A DNA stretch of 64,000 nucleotides from Eledone cirrhosa (taxonomy: Eukaryota): contig OZ024746.1 of assembly GCA_964016885.1 (NCBI GenBank), forward strand, positions 22,878,001 to 22,942,000. Reading direction: 5' to 3'. The position numbers and the translations under genes were made by a program. Under the pieces are notes generated by a model that was not told the origin of the DNA, did no database searches, and saw nothing but the letters and a program-made list of their open reading frames with translations. Positions 54,931 through 64,000 of the stretch are shown here, piece by piece; within the stretch, counting starts at the first letter, position 1, and every line of letters starts with the position of its first letter.

Positions 54931-57073
54931 AGAATTTATAAACCCTACTCTCTCTCTCTTTCTCTATGACTGGTAATTTTTTTCTTTAAAACCAATAATA
55001 CATTAGAGTTCGTGTATAGTCTCAAGAAGATAAAGTTGATTCTCAGTGACCTGTTCGTGTTGAACATCTGACAGGAAGGTATATCCTTATATTCTTTTAC
55101 TGGTTCCAGTCATTAGATTGCAATGCAGAGGTGCTGTCTTATAGGGATTTAGTCGGTTGCATCGATCCCAGTACATACATTTTTAAGTTCTCTCTCTCTC
55201 TATATATATATATATATAGTTTCTGTTCACCACATTTTCACTCATTTCATTCACAAGACATTGTGGGGTTATAGTAGAGATGTATGCTCAATGTGCACTA
55301 CAGTGGGGCTGAACCCATAACCAGGTGGGGGCGATGCTAACACCTTAACGACAAAGTAATGCTTGCACCTATTCCTCAGTAGAAATCTCACACAGCCTGA
55401 TTGCTTTTCATCTCATTCGACTATCCTGGATTCTTTTTTTTTCTTCTACTTTTTCTTTCCCTTTCTCAGACACTATCTTTTCATTTAGTAACACTTTAGT
55501 TCTCTCTTCCCTATCTCTCTCTTTCACCTCCTCTCATTTTCTTTGTTGCACCACCTATTTTTTTTCTGATCCATAATGTCTCTCTCTCTCTCTCACACTT
55601 TTCTCTCGTGCATCCTTTTTTCTTTCAGCGCTCTTGTTTTCCACACGCACTTTCTCTTTCACCTTAATTTTATTTTATTTTGCTTTCTTTATTCTCCCAT
55701 TATGACTTTTTCTCTTTTTCCTTCTATTTGTCTGCACATTATTCTTTCTCAATACAACTCATCATTCCCGCCGTTCAATATTCTTAAGACATTTATTTAC
55801 AGTCCTTACCATTCTTTTTTCTCCAAATATATCGAGAAGTTTTTCTCTCACCGAACATAGATATCTTCCATATTTACCTTTCTTTTACACCGTCTAAACA
55901 CATTTTCTTCGCATTTTATTTATTTCATTCCCCTTTCACGTGGACTTTCCTTATTTCTTCTTTAAGTCATTATACGATTATTTTTCACATTATCCCTTCT
56001 CTCATTCACTACTTACACTTATTTCATTATTATTCTTTTATTATTAATGTTCTTGTTTTCTTGCTACTTTGACATTGCAGTTCTTCTATACGCTACACAA
56101 GTCAATACAGAGAATTACTGACACTAGAGCAATGAACCCACAGTTCAGAAGAAAAAAGAAAGAAGAAAGAACAGAAGAAGAAAGAAGAAGAAATTGCTTA
56201 TACCGAAACAGTTGAAGTATTCGTATAGAGCATAGATACATTGCAACAATAGAATACAAATAATAATTACATATTAATGTGTGTGTGTGTGTGTGAACAC
56301 TCACACAAAGATATATATAACTACATACTCACATGGATACATATATACATACATACAAAGAGCTTTTATGGCTATTCATATTTTTTTTTTACGTGTGATT
56401 GATTGTAGAGGGCAAAGACTTGTTTTTTTTTATAAACAACACTACTTTTCATTAGATTTTAATGTATGTACAATGAATAGGAATGGTTCTTTTAGCACAG
56501 TCCATCGCTCTCCTCCGGGGTAACACATTCTTAATTCTGTCCGTTGGGACCATAAAACTACATCTATCTAAAAGTCGAAAGAACCCGGAGGCTCATAAGG
56601 CCGGTGCTTATACAGGTTTACGTAACGCGAAGCGACTAAGAGTACAAGACTTCCTCCTGGATAGGACGCCAGTCTATCACAGAGTTAAACGCCCAGCCTG
56701 GAGCAACGGGAAATGAAGTGTCTTGCTCAAGAACACAACACACAACCCAGTCCAGGAATCAAACACAAAACATTAGGATCGTAAGACCTGACCACTAGGC
56801 GGTTTTGCAAAGGATATGAGAGTAAATATTCGTTTGTCTTTTCCCAGCGAAGCTTGTAATTTAATTATAAGACTGTATTTCACGTATATTCAATGATAAT
56901 TTGTGATTATATATCAATACAACGGAAAGGTTATTAGCACAACTGCTGCGATATAATTTTCACAAACCAATCAGCAGTAGTTGCCACACGCCATAAATAG
57001 ACTCTTCCATGACGCTTGGTTTCAAATTCAATGCAATTTCACCTAGGTGTAGATGCATCTATGTATATATACG

Positions 57074-57116
<43 letters not shown>

Positions 57117-57257
57117 ATAAACACCTATGAACATATGTGTCTATGTATTTGTGTATATGTACCTGAGTAAATGTATCTATGTATATATATATATATGTAA
57201 GATTGTATATACTTCCAAATACATTTGTTTTAGAATATTTTTAGACCTAGTCCGCCA

Positions 57258-57302
<45 letters not shown>

Positions 57303-57310
<8 letters not shown>

Positions 57311-57738
57311 TAACAGATTAAAGTTTAAGCAAAGAATCGCTGCTTTCACCCTTAACGGGATCTTCTGAAACTAACAAAGTCAATCTGTAAACGCAGAACT
57401 GGATATTTCAAAAAACGTTGCAACCGGAGGAAGACAGGAAGACGATTCTTTGGTTCGTGGAAACGTTCGCTGGCAAAGAACGGGAAAAAACGAATAATAC
57501 GTCATTAATAGGAGCGGTGAAAAACAATTACGCGCAAAGACAGAACCACGTTTAGGTATAAAAGAGGTCGTAGACTAATGTTCTCTTTGGTGGTGCATGA
57601 AAGCAGCGATTCTTTGCTTAAACTTTAATCTGTTATTTTAATAAATATTTGCTCTACGGTTCTTATATATTTGATATATATTTATCCTTATCGAGCCCTC
57701 TTTGGATTTTAGTCTTCAATTTTATTATTATTACTAAT
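57303..57738 (+). mobile_element. Fold-back element with 46-bp arms, 250-bp spacer and tail
   Basis: Arms 57303-57348/57598-57643; minus strand reads CAGAAGA-tcccgttaagggt-GAAAG; (TA)n on both sides. Confidence 0.75.
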
Positions 57739-57967
57739 ATATATATATATATATATTAAACTATATATATATAGTTTGAATCTAACTGACATGCGAAAAC
57801 ATATATATAGGAATAAGGTAAGCCCAAATTATAATAGATTCAAATATCACAGAGAGAGAGAGAGGGGTGGGGGAATAAGGTGCAACAGAAATGAAACATG
57901 GATTACAGGTTAAAATGTAGTCTAGATAGATGTGAAATAAAACGAGGATGCAGTTTATGGAACACCA

Positions 57968-58439
57968 AAATGATTTAGATATCGACCTTAAGTAGGAGCA
58001 ATAACATTAAGAAAGACATGAACGATGCCACAGTACTTTGCTTTGAAAATTTTGAAAGTAGGTTTATAAATATGATTTTCATAAGATTTTCGTAGTTGTC
58101 TCAGTGGCCTAGCGTTAAGTACTTGAGACGGTGGAGATCCTGACCTTGGGTTCAATCCTGCTCAAGAGGTACATGTAACATTTTTCGGTTTTTATTTTAC
58201 AGCCAACAGAAAAAAACTAAAAAGGTTTACCGGGAACACTACACCCGACCAGGATCGAACTTCAGACCAGGATCACCACGGTCTATGATTCCTCCAACTA
58301 GGCCACTGAGACAGCTATAGAAATATAATGAAAATTGATAATTATAAACCTACTTTCAAAATCAAGTTAAAAAAGATGTGCTGTCGTTCATGGCTTTCCT
58401 AGAGCTATTAGTAATATTTAGGGTCAACTTCTGGTCATT
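57968..58439. mobile_element. Fold-back/MITE with a tRNA-like sequence in each arm
   Basis: Left arm gtctcagtggcctagcgttaag...ggttcaatcc; right arm (reverse complement) gtctcagtggcctagttggag...agttcgatcc. Confidence 0.7.
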
Positions 58440-58652
58440 ATTGAAAGTCTCTGGATTTCGCAAAATACATATTTTTTATTGGAGAAGGTAAGATATATTT
58501 CTGCAAAAATTTGATTGCACTGTTTCGTTTCCACTTATGTATTTTTCGAAAATGTTATTTATTCATTATACAAATTAAATGATAACATTCTATATGTAGG
58601 TGGGCCCCCTTCATCTCCTGGCAACCAATATTTTTAGACCCAGTCCACCACT

Positions 58653-58697
<45 letters not shown>

Positions 58698-59174
58698 TAA
58701 TATATATATATATAATATATATAATATATATATATATAATATATATAATATATATATATATATATATAATATATATATATATAATATATATATATAATAT
58801 ATATATATAATATATATATATATTATATATATATATATAATATATATATATACTATATATATATATACTATATATATATATAATATATATATATATATAA
58901 TATATATATATAATATATATATATAATATATATATATATATAATATATATATATATAATATATATATATATAATATATATATATATATAAATATATATAT
59001 ATAATATATATATATATAAATATATATATATATAAATATATATATATATGTATATATATATATAGGGAGTGTAACGTGCAGTTACTGTAGGTTTACCCGA
59101 GTGAGCACTCGATGTCAGAACCACATCATGTGACTTATGAGTGGCAAGCGGCTCAGCGACCGTATCATATCAGT

Positions 59175-59460
59175 TAGCTGCTCAACATTACCAAACTTAG
59201 ACCAATTACATCAATTGTCAAGTCGGCAGTACTCAAACTATTCGGTCATATAAAAAGATCGGCTCTTGGTGTGAGTAGGTTATGCCTGGAAGGAAGGTTG
59301 GCTAGTAGGGCAAGCAGAGGCCGTCAGCCAAAACGATGGCTTGATAATGTCAACTTATGGACTGAACTTGATCTTTGCTCTTTAGGCTCTGCTGGTGGTG
59401 ATCGAACTTTGTGGAGAAAAAAATCTCATGTTGATGCGACTGGCGGAGTTTAGCGAAGAA
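59175..59460 (+). mobile_element. RTE (BovB-like) LINE 3' end
   Basis: LKLFGHIKR...LEGRLASRASRGRQPKRWLDNV..W...DRTLWR. Confidence 0.8.
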
Positions 59461-59494
59461 GATATATATGTGTGTGTGCGTGCGTATACACATT

Positions 59495-59887
59495 CATACA
59501 AATATATGTGTGCGTGCGTATGTATGCGTATATATATATATATAGATATATAAATATACATACATACAAATATGTGTGTATGTGCGTGCGTATGTATGCG
59601 TATATATATATATATATAGATATATAAATATACATACATACAAATATGTGTGTATGTGCGTGCGTATGTATGCGTATATATATATATATAGATATATAAA
59701 TATACATACATACAAATATGTGTGTATGTGCGTGCGTATGTATGCGTATATATATATATATAGATATATAAATATACATACATACAAATATGTGTGTATG
59801 TGCGTGCGTATGTATGCGTATATATATATATATAGATATATAAATATACATACATACAAATATGTGTATGTGCGTGCGTATGTATGC

Positions 59888-59890
<3 letters not shown>
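59495..59890. repeat. 72-bp higher-order microsatellite-derived tandem repeat, ~5 units
   Basis: 24-aa periodicity in the ORF track. Confidence 0.9.
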
Positions 59891-59945
<55 letters not shown>

Positions 59946-60241
59946 CATACACACACACACACATGCACACAAATATATGTATCAGCACGTTTCGATTTGC
60001 AGTGTGTGTATGTGTGTATGTGTGTGTGTTTATTCATTCAAAGTTAATACCATATACGCCCTCGCAGCTGCAATACGTGAAAATGTAAGTATTATAAAAT
60101 GATGGAAGCTCCGCAAGATATATTTGTGAAAAACCGTGATATAGTTAGTTAAATGATCCATTTAAATGTCGCTACAATTATCGTTTCATTTATACGTTTG
60201 CCGATCTGTCATCTTATCATTACTTTTCCTCTAACACACAA

Positions 60242-60294
<53 letters not shown>

Positions 60295-60484
60295 AAAATA
60301 TATAGCCATGCATAGATATCTCCATAGACACTTATACACATGTAATCATTAATTACGCAATCATAAGAAGCCATATCTACACGCCTATATATATATAATT
60401 TAAGTATATAATCGTGATGGCATACAGTTATTTAAGGTTACGTAATTTGTATTTCAATTCATGTCTCAATATCTACATTGCACG

Positions 60485-60745
60485 CATATCTATATGGTAT
60501 GGTATGATTCCGTAACTCCTGTTAGAGTCGTAGGGACGTTGTAGAGGAGTTTCTTGGGTATTTCTAAACCAGACGGAACCCATCCCTCTCCTAGTCTGAA
60601 CACAGCAGCTTTCTTCCAGAGAAGGATAGAAAGTGATAGGATAGAGCGGAAGTGACAAAGAGATATAGAGTAAGAATCGACCCCAGTAGTAGACTTGTAC
60701 TTTTTTATCGAACTTGAATGGATAAAAGGCAATGTTGACCTCGAC
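60485..60745 (-). mobile_element. SINE family A2
   Basis: Reverse-complement homology to 17005-17340. Confidence 0.75.
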
Positions 60746-61964
60746 CGTATTGACATATGGCGTTTCTAGGCCATTTTAAAACCTGGTGAAGATCATCTCC
60801 TCTCCTGGTCTGAACACAGTAGATTTCTTCTAAAGAAGGATAGAAAGTGATAGAAGTGATTTTGTCCGCGGAGTGCAGCTCAAATACTGTTCAAATGGAG
60901 TTTAGGGCCTGTTCACCTTTTCCTTTTATTAGAGGCTTATTTCTTTTTTCTTCTTTTCCCTTTCTTTATTGCCCATGCATATTGTAGTTTTTATTACATT
61001 TTACATTTAGTAAAATAAAGTGTATTTATTCCAAATTGAATAAATTAATTATGTTAAAATAATTTTTAAAATAACAAAGAAGTTGTAGGATCTTAATAAT
61101 GTAACTAACCTTCCCATTATTAAGTTAGTGTTTGGAACATAACTAAACAAAGGTTCTTACATAAAACTGTGATGGAAGGTTTTAGATAAATATAAACAAT
61201 TTAAAACAAACGGCCTAGTATCGTCGAACCAGGGACGGTTTATGACAGGCTGGAATCAAATAGGTTTCAATTAATCTTTTCAATGGACGCTATAGAAAGC
61301 TTTTAAACCCACCTCTAGAAAAAATGTTTCACTTTTTAAATTTTATTAAATTTTTCTGTTTAGTCTGAATAAAAACCGAACTCCATTTAGATATGTTTAC
61401 ATAATATAAGTGAATTATGCAACAAACATTTTATAAAACGTACATAAACATAATACACAATACCTTTATGACGTTCATTGCGTTGATAGCTGTATGACAG
61501 GAAAAGTTTTCAATATCCGGCATTACGTCTGTGGATTTAGAACTGTTTCCTAAAATAATAAGAATGGATTTACATGGTTTATCTTTTGTTTTGGCAGAAT
61601 ATCACTAATAATAAATGCTACTTTCCTTTTCCTATATGTTTGACTAAATATTAAATTCTTTATTATTTTTATGTAATTTTATCCTAGAAATAAAAGATTT
61701 TTTATAGATTAAAAAATAAATAAATAATAAATTAACTAAATAATGTTGTTTTCTATCAAAATATATTTTCATTTGGATATAATCCTAACTGTAGAAGCTG
61801 ATTGTCAATAGTTTTTTTTATTCATTTGTCACTTTATCCTTTCACATGTTTCAGTCATTAGATTGCGGCCATGCTGGAGGACTGCACTGAGTTATATCGA
61901 TACCAATACCTTCCTTTATCAATATTTTTTCGAGGAACTGACAAAAGACAAATATATAAATCTG

Positions 61965-62285
61965 TGGTAGAGTCGATAGAACGTCAGATAGAATACTTTA
62001 TGGTATTCGTTCCGGTTCTCTGTTCTCGGAGTTCAAATCCCACCGAGGTTAGCTTTGCCTTTCATCTTTTCGAGGTCGATAAAAAAAGTATCAGTCTAGT
62101 GGTTGGTTCTTCCTCTATATCTCTTTCTCATTTCCTCTCTTTCACTTTCTATCTTTCTCTGGAAGAAATCTGCTGGACTTAGGCCTGGAGAAGGATGCGC
62201 TCCGTAAGGCTTTAAAATGTCCAAGAAACTCCGTATGTCAATATGGCGTCCCTACGACTCTATCAGGAGTAACGGTACCATACAT
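61965..62285 (+). mobile_element. SINE family A2
   Basis: Homology to 17005-17340. Confidence 0.75.
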
Positions 62286-64000
62286 ACATGGTAGGGTATT
62301 CCTTCTTCCTGGGTTGAATGACCGTATCCTTCAAGGTGGAATATATGAGCCGGTATGTTTATGTTTTCATATAACCCTTCTTTATGTAAAATAACTACAT
62401 AAGACACACGAATACCGCGTATTTCTGTATCTACCTGTACATACCTGAAATGTGTTGTTATACGTTTCTCATATGCGAGTACTCCTACGCGCATTTATAA
62501 GAATGTGTGTGTGTGTGTGTGTGTAACCGTTTATATTGGTCTGTATTCGTATATATCGCATAAACAGAGACATGCAAACAAACAAACAAAAAAACATTCT
62601 AGTTTGCACAAAACTTGTACACACACACACATGGGTGTTTCTGAATTGTGCATGTATATAAATGTGCCTGTGTTCGTGCATGTGTATACATGTATGTGTG
62701 TGTTTATACGTGTGTATGTTTACGCGTGAGTATGCATGCATGTATGTCGATTTGTTTAGATGTGTTTATAATTGTGTATGTATATAAATGAGTGTGTGTT
62801 TATGCGTGTATATACATGTATGTGTGAGTGCGTGCGTATTTTGCTGCATGCGTGTGGGAGAGAGAGAGAGTGTGTGTGTGTGTGTGTGTGCATCAGGTGA
62901 GCATGTCAATTTGCATGTGGATGTAAAAGAAAATAAATGTTTATTGTTAGAAAAGAGAGAAAGAAAGCTTTCACTTGAGGAAGATGAAGGAAAAGTAAAA
63001 CTGTTATCGGCAGAAATATCGCTTATCTTAAAGTGAGATCACAATTGCTGAAGATGAAGAAGAAAACAACACAAACAAACCAAAGATTTGAAGAAAGAGA
63101 GAAAGCTAGAAAGGAGGGATAGAGTAAAACCAAAGGAGAGAGAGTGAATTAAAGAAAGAGAGAGGGCAAAAGTGAATGAGATAGAGAAAGAGAGAGAGCA
63201 AAAAAGAAAAAAAGAGAGATGGAGTTAAAGAGGGTGAGAGTTAGTGAGAGAGAACAAAAAGGAAAAGATAGAGAGATAGGGTTAGAGTGAGAGAGAAAAT
63301 GTAAAATGACATTTTCCTACGAAATTAGATCATTGAATAAGAAGACAGTGTTATGTTGGCTGTGAGATGTCCACGTTACAATACACTCGAAAGTAAACCA
63401 TCACACGAAACTCAATATATTACTTTCTATGGACACTCCACTAAATAACATCGAATTCTTGCTGAATAGGAGAAAAAAAAAAACGTCTATGGCAGCTGGC
63501 TTTTACAGTTGTTATTAAGTATTTATTATTTTCACGTTACAGGCTTTACAAAACCTAAGCAGACGCTAAGATGCCAACAATTAAATTATAGTCCTTTATG
63601 CTGTCACTGGTAACAGTTCATTAGACGTCGACCATGCTGGAGTACCGCCTGAAAGTCGAGAACGTTGAGCCCATTACTTTCTTTTTTTTTTTTAAACTGA
63701 TACTTAAAGAACTCGCTTTGTCGAACCGCTAGGTTAGGGGACATAAACAGACTTGTGAAGGGGAAAATCCCTGCTACATCATTATATATAAGAGTATTTC
63801 ACTGTCTCTTTAGAGGAATAAGTGGTATCATCATAAAGTGTCTTTGCCCTAAAAAAAAAAAAAAAAGGCGAAAGTGGGGGGAAAAACTAAAGTGGGACGA
63901 ACAAATGCCATCACACACAAACCTCACCATCATCACCACAACAAACAACAACATCTTCAACACAATCCAGCACTTGCAACAACATTAAACAAAAACACAC

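Noticed and set aside
58090-58160. Functional tRNA gene
   Set aside because: Only A/B boxes are recognisable; no convincing cloverleaf. The same applies to the SINE heads.

Overview
AT-rich, microsatellite-dense animal genomic DNA. The SINE repertoire and (TA)n/(CATA)n density suggest a mollusc, probably an octopus-like cephalopod (inference). No intact host protein-coding gene is supported, and most ORFs in the track are microsatellite artefacts. The window is a graveyard of mobile elements: a Penelope-like (PLE) GIY-YIG 3' fragment, an L1/Tx1 fragment, R4/Dong fragments in (CATA)n, several RTE-type 3' ends, many tRNA-derived SINEs, MITEs and a Helentron-like element. The strongest unexplained signal is more than 12 fold-back (hairpin) elements, mostly sitting in or beside (TA)n tracts. 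They share one architecture (inverted arm + arm + unpaired 3' tail), and many carry hammerhead-ribozyme cores at or near the fold-back point. Other notable items are a candidate recursive splice site (T19-CAG|GTAAGC, minus strand), a twin-priming-type 5' inversion in a non-L1 element, and a fold-back element with tRNA-like boxes in both arms. All coordinates were read by eye and are approximate to a few bases.
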